Shown one piece after another: positions 1 to 14,069 of a stretch of 64,000 nt of DNA; within the stretch, counting starts at the first letter, position 1, and each line of letters begins with the position of its first letter. The DNA lies in the NCBI GenBank assembly GCA_011109175.1, contig RDEW01000050.1, positions 26,694-90,693 on the forward strand, in the 5' to 3' direction. Below the pieces are notes generated by a model. The model ran no database searches and was not told where the DNA came from. It worked only from the letters and a program-made list of their open reading frames with translations. The stretch is from Dicyema japonicum. Its lineage: Eukaryota > Animalia > Dicyemida. The position numbers were made by a program, and so were the translations under genes.

Positions 1-620
1 CAGTTGGGTTGACAACCATAATGGGTGCTTTGCGTTTAAATCTCCACATATGATGATCTCATCGTAGATAGCCAATCTTGATAGGTTTGGATTAACATAG
101 TCCTTTGGGCAGGAGCCGGAAGGAGGCAAGTAGATATTCACGAGGCACATACTTCCTTTCGTTGTCCCAAGCAAGATTCCTATTGCCTCAGTAACTTCGT
201 CATTTCTAACAAGTTTTTTCACTTCCGAAGTAATGTCTCTGCATTTCATGTTCTTTTTGAATAGAGTAAGTAGTCCACCAACTCTTCTCTTTTTACGGTC
301 CATCCTGATTACCTCGTATCCAGGGAATGAAGGAGTGGAATCATGCATTCGGAGTTTAGTTTCTTGAATCATGGCCACGTCGATCTTTTGATTTGCCAGG
401 AGTGAACGGAGTTCCCTGACTTTTCCTTTAATTCCGTTGATGTTTTATTGGTAAATTTCTTTTCTCTACAGTGGGCTGAAGGTTTTCGCCGGGAATGTTT
501 ATACTTTCTTGAAACACATCGCCGGGGGACGATAATGACCCCGGGGCGAAGGGGTCTAATTGTCCATTTCGGGAGGGTATTAGAAGCCCTCTGGGGCGTT
601 GCCAAATCCTTTTGAATTTT
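1..620 (-). mobile_element. 5' part (UTR plus APE endonuclease) of non-LTR retrotransposon family B
   Basis: Minus strand encodes DVAMIQETKL, CLVNIYLPPSGSCPKDY and IICGDLNAKHPLW. Bases 1-120 closely match the reverse complement of 26167-26285. Confidence 0.85.
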
Positions 621-842
621 TTGAATTGGTGGACCACATAACGCCACGCTACAATTTATTATTACAAAAATTAGGATCAAAAAAATAAAAATTAAAAACC
701 AAGATTTTTTTTGAATAAATAGACTAAAAACTAAAAACCAATTATTTTTCGGCCGAATAGTGTTCATAAAGTATTCTTCACCATAGGATTTGTTCAGAAT
801 ACTAATATCTTATTATAAATTTCATAATTGTGGAATCCTTCC

Positions 843-1112
843 GAAATGTTAAAAAAAATAATGAATACAAAAAACAATTTGGAATATTAAATCAAAATTT
901 TCAATATTATTGAATATTATTTCCAATTATTGGAAATACAGTCATATTCAATATCTATTTCAACATATGCGATATTGAAATGTTAAAAAAAATAATGAAT
1001 ACAAAAAACAATTTGGAATATTAAATCAAAATTTTCAATATTATTGAATATTATTTCCAATTATTGGAAATACAGTCATATTCAATATCTATTTCAACAT
1101 ATGCGATATTGA
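843..1112. repeat. Direct tandem duplication, 134-bp unit x2
   Basis: gaaatgttaaaaaaaataatgaatac... starts at 843 and again at 977; the copies look identical. Confidence 0.9.
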
Positions 1113-1639
1113 CCTTTACATATTGTTTTCTGCTAAAATTTACTGTTGCTTTTAATGATAAAATAATAGGAACTTCATTGCTTCTTGGTCAATTCCACAG
1201 CATTCAAAACTATTAATTATTGACATAAATGCTATTTTTAATTGAAATGCATGTCATCAGGAAAAAACATTAGTTTTGATAAATTTGACAAATTTTTGTC
1301 AGTTTTCCCTGCGCTGTAGATGCTTCTGCAATTTTTCATTGCACTCTATAACTTTTTTATATGCGGAAAGTTTTTCTTTGATTATATATTTTTTTTGCCA
1401 TTCAACAGTTTGTAACTAAGAGGTTTGTTCACTTGATATGTTCATGTCAAAAATAACTGACTCCCAGATTCAAAAATTAAGGTATTCCAGCTTCCTAGCA
1501 AATCCAATAACACAATATCTACAATATCTATACTTTGCCTCACAATCTCTTGGCCTTAACGAAATACAAAAATAACTATTGAAATACAAACTAATTAACT
1601 TATAATTTCAACACAAAATTTTTAAGGCAGAACAATCTT

Positions 1640-2600
1640 GTTCATCTTGGGTGAGAGTTCTAGTTTATCACAGAACTTGTCAATCCCAAAGGACCCTAAA
1701 CAGCCCTCTCCCAAAATATCTTCATACTACGATACGAAAAAGAGTCAGTCGTGATCATCAGTAGAATCATACATATCTGTCATCTAACTAGAGTGGAATC
1801 AGCGATTGAAGGAAAACTGCAGATGCTTCGTGTCACTGTGCCTGATACACAAAGTGTGCAGTCTTGATTATAGATTTTTCGAGAGTCTTGGATATAATAA
1901 AAAGAAGTTATAGAAAGTCGTCGAAAGAATTATCATCCAAACAGTACACTGATAATATGCCTTTTACTACAAAATTCATACCATGCAGCTAAAAGGGAAG
2001 TACAAGATCAAAAATATTTCAGACTAATTGCATTGGCCTTCCCACGGTTAGCAAAGAGGCACAATAAAGTTAAGAACTCAAAATCGAGCCCATTGAAATC
2101 TTTTTAATAAATAATAAAAATGAAATTATTTCAAAGATCAAGGGTAAAACCAAAATAACTAACTCCTTGATCCTGACGGTTTCAGCGATTCCCTAAAATG
2201 TCTGCAGGCAACGAATTTGTCTCCCAATGCAAAGATAGTTTGATCCTTTTGATGCCTGCCAGAAATTGGGAGTCTCCTAAAAAAAATTACAACAAGCTAG
2301 ACAAGCTAGACACAAAGCACGAATTACAACAGAATTCGAATTAAAACAGAAACAGTTAAAGACACCTATTCTACCGAGCTGCCCTCTGTTTCAGACACTA
2401 TCAAAATATCTACAATCACACAGAGGTCTTTTCAAAATATCTCAAAAGATCTACAATCACTCATATACCATCCCCTATGAGAAAAACAGCACAGGATTCA
2501 CGACCCCACCAGATTCGTCATCTTCCTTCTCGGACTGGGATCACTAACCTAGTAAACAATTTTTTCTATTTGACACAGTTATCCTGGGGTGTAGTAATAA
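1640..2600 (+). mobile_element. Highly decayed LINE-like RT remnant
   Basis: Weak similarity to the decayed RT at 34440-35270 (cagccctctcccaaaatat vs caaccctctcccaatttat); no intact ORF. Confidence 0.35.
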
Positions 2601-3327
2601 CTGATTTGCCTATCATGATAGGAATCGAGTAATCTTAAAGAGCCATTGAGTTTCAATGCGTTCTGAAGTAACACCCTTTTGAAAGTCTTCTGAAAAAAGA
2701 GAGTGACTTCATGTTTATCCCTCTAGTTTTCTCTATAACAACGAGTCTAAAAATTGAAAATTATTTTTAAATGGAAAACGAGAAAACAAGTGGTGCAATG
2801 TTGATACTCGATTAACGATTTATTTTCCTTACTTCTGGTTACGTCATTTGATCAACCTTACTCAATAGACGCCCGGCATGTTCAAAGAAGTCGAAATTTT
2901 ATTTTCAAGAGTAACAAATTTATTCTGATTAAATTCAATCAAGCGTTCGAACATTATATTCACTATCAGGTGGATATTTAAATAACACGACTGAGACTAA
3001 TTTTTTCAGGTAATTACGATCCTCATCATTAAACTTTATTTCAGTAAAAGTATAGGATACATAATCTCTTTTACAACTGCTCGAGAATAGAGCTTATTTG
3101 TAGAGTTTAACAAAAATTGGTTAATTAAAACTATTTTCGGATAAAAGTTAGAGTTAGGATTATTGGTCTAACGGCGGGGCTCTTGTCATCAGGGTAAGCG
3201 TTTTTGTGATAGGATTTGGCTTTTGTTTACCTAAAAGTATAAAAGGTTTATCTAATATGTATTACAAGTTGACCTAAAAATTAAGAGTTGATTTTATTTT
3301 TATTTGTTAAATCAAAAATAAATACAG

Positions 3328-3400
3328 TAAACTCTCCCAAATTTTCCATTTTTGGTACCAGCATTTTTTTCGGCAAATTTGGGAATTGGGAAATTTCAGA
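3328..3400. repeat. About 72-bp hairpin-forming dispersed repeat (copy 1)
   Basis: Inverted arms cccaaattttcc / ggcaaatttggg; matches the reverse complement of 33551-33622. Confidence 0.75.
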
Positions 3401-3459
3401 TTTTAATCCATAATTGTCAACTCCAAAATTCTGGAAGACCTTAAAAAAGATGCAAATCA

Positions 3460-4110
3460 ACATTGTCTGGCTTGTTTGGTGTCAGCTTCAAGTGGAGGAA
3501 GTGGAGCATGGCTTGGTGCAATACCTTCCCAAACCTCGGAACCTTCTTCGATGACTATTCTTTGAGGATTGGAATCGGACAAAGGCTGCGACTGAACGTT
3601 TGTCAGAAACACCGATGCCGATGCGGGAAAACAGTTGATACGAAGGGATTGCACCCGCAGTCCTGCAGAATAAGCGCCGGAAGAGGACCACGTCATGCTG
3701 CTCTGAACGATATGATCGTCAGAGCTCTGAAGGATACAGGCTTCCCAGCACAGCTTAAACCAGTAAGTTTCGATCCAGAAGATAGAAAGACACCTGACCA
3801 GATGACCCTTTTCCCTTCCAATGTCTGGAAGATCTTTCGTCTGGGACGCAACTTGTGTAGACACGTTCTCAAGGACGAATATATACAAAACGGTTCAGAC
3901 ACTTGGAGCATCTGCCTCGACTGCGGAGAACCTAAAAATCAAGAAATATTCTTGCCTCGGGGATCGCTACCGATTTACTCCTGTTGCGACCGAATCATCG
4001 GGAGCCGTTGGTCCAATGACGGTTGAGATCTTGTGAGAACTCGGAGGAATGCTTGCCAAAAATGAGATTTTCGAAAGATGTCAATATTACTAAGCGGATG
4101 CACCATTAGC
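3460..4110 (+). mobile_element. CRE-clade non-LTR retrotransposon 3' fragment (Zn finger plus restriction-like endonuclease)
   Basis: CRCG...HPQSC...RHAALND...PD...WDATCVDT...PVATESSG motifs across frameshifted ORFs 3463-4026 and 3821-4036. Confidence 0.85.
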
Positions 4111-4930
4111 GTATGAAATTGATGAAAATGATAAAATACATGACAAATTCGATGACGTTTTTGCATGTTGAAAATAATCTTATTCTCAAAATGGGGTAAG
4201 GATTATGGAAAGAGTAGTCACATATAGGAAGAGAAGATGACTAAAATAGATTTAAAAGCAAACGCGCTATGACGAGATCACCAAAAAAGTTAACGTTTAT
4301 AAAAGTGCTGGATGTCATGTTTTCTGTGCTACAGAAATTTTCTGATCAATTATATTGAGAATACCAAACTTGGGCTCTTAGAAGTGACACCTCTGTAAAC
4401 CCTAACATCTTTGTGTGTTGTAAATCCAGGATTCGTCTTACAAATTCGATTACCTAACTTATGAAACAATTTTTGTGTGGAGTATTTCCCAAAGTGTTCT
4501 ACATCGTCCTTTTCTCAGCCAATTTGATCGTCTTCGATATGAGATAAATTGATGCTCAGAATGCTTCTTCATTTATCACAATTGTGGTCATGAAAGACAG
4601 CTAAACGTCAATTATGTTGTCGAGATACAATTTTGATTAATTTTTGCTATTTTTACTCAAATTTGAAACAAATTATGTGCATCAAGTTCCAATTGTCACG
4701 GAAACAGAAGCATCACAAATAATAAATATCTACCAAGAACCACCATATAAGATGGAGACATCCATTTGGTATTCCAATGCATCACAATAAAAAAATTAAT
4801 ATTGATGACTCGAAGTGCTAAAAGTAAAATTTAAAGTAAAAAAGATAAGAGTATTTTTTTAATTCTGGATTTTTATATTAATTATTTAATTTGAGTTTTA
4901 TTAATTTTAAATCTATAATTTTTAAACATA

Positions 4931-7331
4931 ATGCAAATTTCTTCATTGTATGCACTTTGCATTAATGAATATCGAAAAATCATTAATATGAAGAAATATG
5001 GCGGATTAAGCTCAAAGTCGAAGATGATGTTTGACAAAAGAATACATTATGAAATAGAATATTTGAAAGCACAAAATTCACAAAAGATATTATCAGTTTT
5101 GCATGATTTCTCAATATTAAGCAAACTCACAGAAGTATGTTACAACATTTTCCGCCTTGATTTGTCCAACAATCAAATTGATATTAAAGATCTAGCTGAT
5201 ATGTGCCAAAACCTACCAAATTTAACGAATATCAAGTTGGCTTATATTTCATCTTCCGAGAATATGCCTTATCTGAAGTATTTTCCAAATAATGTCAATT
5301 CTTTCACTCTTTTGGAATATGATGACCCAGTTTTACTTCATTTGCTATTTAAAAACGGATTCAGTGAAATTAGGTCACTAGAATTTTTTATCAGATTCTT
5401 TTCTTGAAAGAAGTAGTCCAAATAAAATTTATTGTTGCACAATCAAACTGATCATAGAACTCGAAAGAATTAATTTTGACAATGTTCTGGTATCCAATTT
5501 CGAAGAATTTAACAAAAGTCTTACCAGTCCCAGATCTCTAAGGTTTTTATTTTGTTAGATTAAGATACTTTTCGTATCCAAACAGTAAAGATGTCCATGA
5601 ATTAAGCTGTGATTGTAGAACGTTATTAAATTTAGCCACTAATTTAGAATTCTTTGATTTGTCAGGATTCTTGATTGATTATGGTTTACTAAACCCGTAT
5701 TTTGCTAGTTAACAATTAGAGAACTGTTGAAACACAGAATTGACACATTTTGCTTACAAAAAATATCGCAATTTTTTAAAAATAATGACAATGTGATATT
5801 ATAAAATATTTGTAGATTGAATCAAATTTACTCAAATATAATTTGGTTGATTCAATTTTTCACTTTGAGCATAAGGATGCGCTGATTTGTTCTACTTTAC
5901 ATTATATTAACAACTTCGACTCTGAAATTCGGCCTTCTCTTTATAAACGATTTTTGAGGGTATTTGAAATTATATTTTAGTTTATCTGCCGTTTGTTGAA
6001 AACATCACAAAATACTAATGTTATTCTACAAATCATGTAATCGCGTATGTTGACTTGATAGGTATTGTTTAAATACCGAAATCGATGGAATGAACATATC
6101 TGAATCTTATCGATGGTTTGAGTCCATGTTAACTTAGCCTTATTTATGAAGCTATCCTTGTTACTTTAAAAGCTCATTGTTGTGATCATACGGTAGTCAC
6201 ATTTTTTTATTTTTTCAGTTCAGAAATTTATTGTACACAGTTATAAGTTGCATAAAACCTTGGGAGTTACCAAATTTTGTATTTTGCTTGCTCATTTTTG
6301 ATTTTGTCTTTTTCATTTTTTACTCAAACATTCGTCAGGGATGTTCACATACACATCGAGGAATACACGAATGATTATGATGTCATGTATCCCACAATGA
6401 AGAGTAAAAGTATAGATATTTTGTCATATTTTGGATTTTGCGGAACAATCGAGGTAATTAGTTATTTTAAATTTAGTTTATTGTGAATCATATTAAAAAG
6501 TTTAAGGAAGTAGTAGCTTTCCCGTATTGTAATGTGGCTTGGAGGAATTTGTGGTATCTACTAGGTGATTTTGTTTTACTTTATGTGTTAGATGCAAACA
6601 AAAGAAATGCCACTTGGTTTGTTGAATTGGGAGGAATTGATCTTATTCTAGACTTCTTTATACAATTCCCTGAAAATGATATAATTTTAACTGATGACTT
6701 TATATATCCAGTTGTTAATGTTATTGAAAATCTAACTAAATTCGAGAATATTCGACCTCTGGTTATTAATAGTGGACTGATTAATTATTTATTGTACGTT
6801 TTGAGTAATTTTGATAAGAAATATGTAAATTTAGATTATCGGGCTGACATTATTGTCGCCATCAGCAATTGTTTATCGAACATAATGAGTGACTCCACTG
6901 AAGATTTGGAGATTTGCGATTGTCATGTTACTAAAAATCAATGCTTGTCTGAAAATATTCTCGATGCAATTGCTTCATGTTCAAATGATAATATGGGACA
7001 TTCACCTTATGAGGCATACTATCGGTAAGATATCATTTATACAAAAGATCTATTGATTCACTTGTAAACCTTTTAAATGAGGAATTAGACCAAAGACTAT
7101 GGTTTTGGGCCATTTGGGAATTTTCACGAATGGTTTACTACAAACGTACTATTTGTTGATTTAGTAGCCCAAATATTCATCCCAATGATGATGCCTAAAA
7201 ATGTCTTCAGCAAAATTGAAACTTTGGCTTCGCTATCAAATATCAAGGATCTACAAGAATATGCCATTGTCGTTAAAGAATCTTATAATGTATTTTTCTT
7301 ATTATTTTAGAATTATCTTTCGAATCACTAA
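4931..7331 (+). CDS. ZER1/ZYG11-family CRL2 substrate receptor (BC-box, LRR, ARM), multi-exon, with homopolymer frameshifts near 5385 and 5550
   Basis: N-terminal SSLYALCI (BC-box-like). AWRNLWYLLDANKRNATWFVELGGIDL, VIENLTKFENIRPLVI and YRSIDSLVNLL..LWFWAIWE resemble the ZER1 ARM region. About 12 introns of 21-27 nt. Confidence 0.8.
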
Positions 7332-8060
7332 TATTAACGATATTTTCTTTAATATTTTTTGTTCTCATAATTAAAACTTATTGAGACTTTAAGTTTAAAA
7401 TAAAGAGATTAATCAAATTTAGTGGTAATTACTTTCGAACTTCTTATTCGAAGTTTAAAATCCACAGAAAAGTGTCTGGGCTTATCTTCAAGTTTACCAT
7501 ATGTTTGATCGACTTCTTGGGAGGTATATAAAAAAAGGTATTTTCTCGGCCTGGTGAGAGAAGTGTTAGCTTTCCATGTTAAGGACAAGACCAACAAAAC
7601 TTTTGATTTATATAATATTATTGATTAAAAATTACATTTTTATATCTTTTAATTAATTTTAAAGAACGTATGAATTTTTGAATTTAAAAAGTTTAGTTAT
7701 TTAAGTTTATCAAGTAACCCTGGCATCATTAACTTTTGGAAGACCACCGGCTATTAAGTATGATCCAGTAAATGTCAGTCTTGTTTTGTAGAAAACTGTG
7801 TATTAATTCATGATATTCAAACATGTGATTTGTTGTGAACTAAGGGCAATTGCAAAAGGGACAGAGGATATCCTTTACATCATCCAATAAGTACGTCGGT
7901 AGAGTGGTGTAGTGCAATATCGACTTTTTTGAATTTTTTGAATTTTTTTTGAATCTATAAAAATTGTTCTTTTGGATTAAAATTCTAATTTTTAGTAATA
8001 TTAAATATTAATTTTATTGTATAAAATTAATATAAACTATTAATATTAATTTGAATCGTT

Positions 8061-9422
8061 ATGTCACGCTTGTTTGTTAAGACATCTGTTGAATATGATA
8101 ATCTCAAAATTATTCTGGAAGGAGGCTTACCTACTGTGCCTGCATGTGCTATGTGCAGGATCCGAAAAAAGTCCAAGAGCTTCGTTCTTAAAGGAGGAAG
8201 AATGTATCTAAAAGACCCAGAAGGCGATAAATTGATTATTGTTTCGGACAACGTTGAGGAAATGAAGTTTGTTGCTACTAAATTCATGATTTAACACATT
8301 GTGGCCAAAACATCCTAGAAGCATATTGTAAAGAACGATATTTTTTTGTGAAGAGAGATGTTATTCGCGATGTTGTTTCCAATTGTGAGACATGTCTTTT
8401 TGCCAGAAGTCTTAAGGAATATGATGAAGAAAATCATATAATAGCAACTCGGCCTAATGAGAGATTTCAAATAGATTTAATCGATCTTAAAAGGTATCAA
8501 TTTTTTATATTCTCTAGGTTTAGCGAGCATAATGATGGTTATTCGTGGCTTTTAACGGCTATTGATATTTATTCAAAATATGTTCATGGATTTTGGACCA
8601 TGTTTATATTTACAGTCGGACAATGGCTCCGATTTTAAAAACTCACATGTCACTGCAATTTGCAAGAAATATAACATTATTCAAATTCATTCACGTCCAA
8701 ACAAACCACGTAGTCAAGTTATACAATTGAATTATTTTTTATAGGAATTGTAAAAAGATTCAATCAGACAATCACTCGAACTTTGTCGAAGATGTTGTTT
8801 GATGATCCAAATTAATGTTGGAAAAAACAGATTAAAAAAGCTGTCCAATTTTATAATCTTAGTTATCATAGTTCAACAGGTTATATGTCCTTATATATAA
8901 ATTAGGTGACAATCCGTTTTGTCGTTACAGAGGCATCAAAGGATTTAATCCAATTCTCACTTATGTAGGCTACATTGAAAAAAATGATGAAGCAGTTGTG
9001 AATGGTTTGAGAGTTAAGCGAAATTTAGAAACTCAAATTGAAACAGAGAGATTCGTTAAATCAAGTGGAGAGGCAGGTTATCAATTTTTTTATTATTTCA
9101 TAGAATTTGACTTCATGCATTGTCCATTAGATTTGAATTCCCCTTATTTCAAAAGAATGAACAGAAAAATGGGTGTTCATTGCTCAAAATACTCATTCGA
9201 GAAAGGAGATGAGGTTAGTTAATTACATTGACAATATAGGTTTGCGTAAAAAAAGACCATGGGACAAATCCCTCGCTAAAGTTAGGGAAATTTGAATTTC
9301 CCTACAGTGAAAAAGTGAAAGTCGTAAATATATTGTCTAACAAGCGAATGACACTTCAATCAAATGAGGGACATACCGAGATCTTCCACATTAGTCGCGT
9401 TAAAAAGCTTAAAAAGAAATGA
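8061..9422 (+). mobile_element. Ginger-like (Gypsy-integrase-related) DNA transposon remnant containing tiny introns
   Basis: H..H..CETC Zn finger, RFQIDLID, LQSDNGSDF and SQGIVKRFNQT (rve DDE core). Intron gtatcaattttttatattctctag joins KR to FSEHND. No gag or RT nearby. Confidence 0.75.
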
Positions 9423-9689
9423 CTTACCTTTTCTTATAAATAAAATATATTTTTTGAATTTTTTGTCTTGATTGAAATTTAAATGAATACAATCGTCTAA
9501 CCTGGAATTTTTAATAGTTTAAAATGTTGAAAAATGAAGAGTTTTATTGTTGAAATTAATTTTTTAATTATTTAGAATGCTTCTCAGTATTATTAATAGT
9601 AAGATAATTTAATAATTTAAAAAATAAATTCAATTTCATTAACATAAATTTTTATATAATTTTAGTTTCATGTTTTTTTTGAGTAAACT

Positions 9690-12100
9690 GGTGATAAACT
9701 TGGATTGTTCATAATGCCTCTGACGATGAGTGAAATGTGTGATCCTCCATATATCGAAAATGACATAGGAAGTGACCACATCCCACAAACGATTGAATTA
9801 AAAACTGGTCCGGTTTACACACGACATTATTCATTGGATATGATGTCAGCAAAATTGATTGGAATCACTTCAATTTCTACATCAGGCTGAAAATTGGTAA
9901 TGTTTGTGATTTGGGGATTTCGAAACCGGAAGATATCGACATTCTGGATAACAAAATAAGATATTTGTTGTTAAGTTATCTGGAAAATTATGGAAAAAGA
10001 AAAAATCTGTTGCCGCAGAAAAATATGATAATAGGAGTAGAAGAACGCTCTTTGCGTCAGGAGAAGAATAAGTTAGAAAATAAATTAAAGAGGTGTTGGG
10101 ATATCTTCGACTCTCAAAAACTTATAATGCAGATCAAGATAGTGAAGAAGAAAATAATGGATGTTGTAAAGAAGAATGAAGAAAAGTATGGAAAAGAGAA
10201 TGTTCAAAGTTACGTCGACAGAACCTAAAATTTTGGAAACTATATGCAAGAATGAATTCTCGCAGTAATAAGAATGAAGAAATATCTCTCAAGTCAGATG
10301 ATAGTCTCACTATTCCAAAAGAAGAAATTCCAAATGTTTTACGTCGACAATTGTCCAAAATTCAAGAGATAGATCCGGCATCTTTTATTCAGATAGAAGT
10401 ACAAGATACAAGAAGTAGTTATAAAGAAAAGTCAAAACTGAGTGGTCCCTTGTGTCATTTTATAACGCTGGAAGAAATAAATGCTGCAATTAAGGGTTGC
10501 AAAAATAAAGCACCAGGGTGGGATTTTATGAGTATTTTCAAGAACGCAGACCCAATTTTAATTGAGTGCCTAAAAATATTATATAATTCTTCTTGGAGTT
10601 TTGGTCATGTTTCAGCTTATTGGAAACGAACAATTGTACGCATGGTTGTGAAAAAAGGAAAGCCAAGGTCAAAAGCAGATAGTTATAGGCCAATTAGCCT
10701 AGTTTCCTCAATATCGAAAGTTATGGAAAAAATTGTTTTCAATCGTCTATCAAGGCATGTTGAGGATAATAATTTTCTCTCTGATAATCAACTGGGATTT
10801 TGGCATAAAAAAGGGACTGGAGATTGCTTTAAAGAGCTAAGATCTGCAATCAAAATTTCACGAAATAAAAAGGAATTTCTTACAATAGCATGTTTGGATA
10901 TAACAAAAGCGTTTGACAGTGTTTGGCACTTTGGACTTCTTGATACGTTGTCAAAAGCAGATATTGGGAAAACTGCGTTATTATGGATAGAAAACTTTCT
11001 TTCAAAAAGAAAGTCATATATACGTGTTGGAAATTTAATTTCAAAGAAATTTGAATTGCGAAGAGGAGTTCTACTGGGTTCAATTCTCAGCCCGCTACTC
11101 TTCAATTGCGTAATGAGAGATTTGCCAAAAACAGAGAGCGTAAATAGTCTAATGATTATTTATGCTGATGACATTCTTGTGCTTGATTCAAGCATGAATA
11201 AACAAATTTCTTGGAAAAGGGTGGAAACCCATATTACTAAGATTGGAAAGTGGTGCCAAAACAATGGGTTGACTCTATCGAGGGAAAAAACAACAGTCAC
11301 TTGGATTGCAAGTAAAAGAAAAATATTAATCAATGTGTGAATACTGGGGATATAAAAATCTCTGAAGCATTGAAGTATATCGGATTGTTGATAGATCGAA
11401 GAGGATCTTTCAAGGAACATATTAAAACAAGAAGAAAGAAAGCTACAGGAATGTTGAAATCTTTAATTCGATTTCATTTGGAGCCTGAAACTTTTCTTTT
11501 TGTGTATTCAGCGTGTGTTAAACAATTCTTGATATATGGTTATCAAGGATAGTTTAGAACAAAAGAAAGTGATGTCTTTGTCAAAAAATTGGAAAAGTCC
11601 AGAAGATTTGCGATTAAATTGGCATATGGACTGGACTTAAAATCCAATATCGAAGAGGATTACGACCTGAAAGTCAGAAAGATAGAAAAATTATTACATC
11701 ACTTATGGAAAATGTGATGTAATTTTTGGGGTCCAAACGAAGTAGAGACATGTGGTGTCTCATAAAATGACCCAACACGATGAAAACAAACCCACTTAAT
11801 TAGTTTTGATTCAGGTTTTGGTTTCTTAACAGTAATTGGTTTTGGGTTTGTTAGAAAATAAAATTTGTCTTGTCTTGTCTTGTCGGATTTGCTATAAAGT
11901 AATCTTATATCTCGGTTCTTTTCCTTGGGGATTTAACCTCTTTACTTTACACCGGGATTTTACTTTTCTATTTTCCTTGGGGATTTAACTTATCTCTATT
12001 TTGTTTCTTTTGAGACAAAAATTAGTGGTTGTTAATGTTTTCAAGTGATAAATTTGTCTCTTCAGCCCGGACAGTATCAACGCCCCGGGTTCTTATGACA
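9690..12100 (+). mobile_element. Non-LTR retrotransposon family A (end of APE, RT, 3' UTR), lightly degraded
   Basis: GSDHIP, KAPGWD, YRPISL, LDITKAFDSV, GSILSPLLF and YADD motifs; closely similar to 31524-33085 including the 3' UTR. Confidence 0.92.
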
Positions 12101-12639
12101 TAGACAGTTATTAATAAAGTTAGTTGTGGCTTTCTCATGCAATTGGTGTTACATATCATCATCGCATCCCAATGTACTGTAAGATACGTCGTGGTACTTT
12201 TTCCTTTTAGATTCTTTAGCAGTTTCATCTGCGGCACCAGGGTACAACATTTACTTGACCAAATTCGAGAAAGATTCCGTGCACATACAATCTCAAGACC
12301 TTCTTTGGCTCTTTGCAAGGCTACGCTCTTGTCATCTCTTCTGTCAAGACCACTGGATCCAGAAGGCAAGTAACGTCTTCGATAGCCCTCCATCGATTTT
12401 AACATGACGAAGGAATCTTTCTTCACTGCGTCTGTATGAATAAGAATGNATACAAACCCACTTAATTAGTTTTTTTTTTTTTAAATGGTTCGACTTGTGA
12501 GTGTCTTAATACTACTCGTTTAATTTCGAGCAAAAAAAATCGATATTGCAAGTAGCGCATAGTTGCAAGTAGCGCTCGCGACATAATAAACATCATCATA
12601 GTTTAAAGAATAATTTTATTGAATATGGACTAGCTAGTA

Positions 12640-13068
12640 ATCATTCCTATCTATATATTTCGGCATATATGGCTGATGATAAATATCGGATTTTTAATTT
12701 TTATTTTTGTGCTAGAGAAAAAAAGATAACAAATGTCTTACGTAAAACGAAACTTTAAATGGATTAAACTAAGCAATCACTATCATTGCGGATTAATTAC
12801 ACAAAACTACTCCAATGGATTATCGATCAAAATTTGGTCTGTAAAATTACGATTTTCCGTAAAGATGATACTGTCGGATTTATTGGAAATGGTAATTTAA
12901 TCTACTGTAATTTAGACGAAGGATGTTTAGCCTCGCAATATCCGCGTAGACATCAATAATTGTAATCGTATGTGGAGTTATCGAACTGCTAATTACTGGA
13001 GTCGTTGTTACTTTATGCATCAAATCAAAATCTCATGAGGAATCAGCAGCATACCACCGCTTTAGTTA
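12640..13068 (+). pseudogene. Degenerate small single-pass membrane protein gene (copy 1)
   Basis: C-terminal hydrophobic IIVIVCGVIELLITGVVVTLCIK followed by a short tail; homologous to 28620-29930. Confidence 0.5.
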
Positions 13069-14069
13069 AGATAATTGGGATTTTGTAATTTAGTAAATGG
13101 GGTGAATTTGGGTTATTGTTGAATTTTTTAATTATTTGAATTAGTAAAGTTATAATCAATAAGTAAACTAAAAATCCAATATTAAGAAATAATTAAGGCA
13201 GTATTTACTTGATGTTGTAGACAACTGTAATGCGATCAAAAATAAATTTATTGGAATAACAGACAGAACTAAAATCATCCCTGTTCGTGGAACGATTATT
13301 TTCTTACTATTATCCTTACATACAATTATTCCCATTACTCAGTTGTATCCAAGAATTTATATGGAATAGCTTTTTTTCCGAATATTCTTCCAAAATAAAA
13401 AAAATCTCTCTCGTTGAACAAAATTCATCGATTATTTGCTTCACGTTTAATCCACTATAAAACTATTTTGGATTGAGTTCAAAATTCCGATTATGTTTTT
13501 TAAATTCTTTCCAAGATTTATGAATTATAAGTCTTTTCTACACAATCTTTATGACATCATGAATACATGCATATATATGTTTAATATTTAAGATTAATTT
13601 TTACTTTTAGATCCCAAACGACAAAATTGACTTACGACATATTAGATTTACTGGAGGGCCAATTGGTTTCTTGCAGGTCATGGTCATTTAATGTATCCAG
13701 ACATCTTCTGAATTGTCTCTTAGTCGATACTCAGTCCCTAATCATCAAACTGAATAAATCATATCTTATGTCATAAATACTATACCCACACAGAAAAAGT
13801 TTTAATATAAAAAGTAAATTTGTGTAATTCTCATATAGTAAACGAAAAGACCCCGCTCATCCAGAAAGTTATTCTTCATTTTAATAGTATTTTTTACACA
13901 ATATATGTACTGAAGGATTCCCTGTTGATTAAAAAATTGGTAAAAGAAACAAGACGAGTAGAACGAATTATCTGATTGAAACTTCCTGAGTTCGAAAGAT
14001 TATTTATTTCATAAAGAATATTATAAAAATTTTTGGAATTCAAATAAAAATAAAGTAAAATTTAAATTA

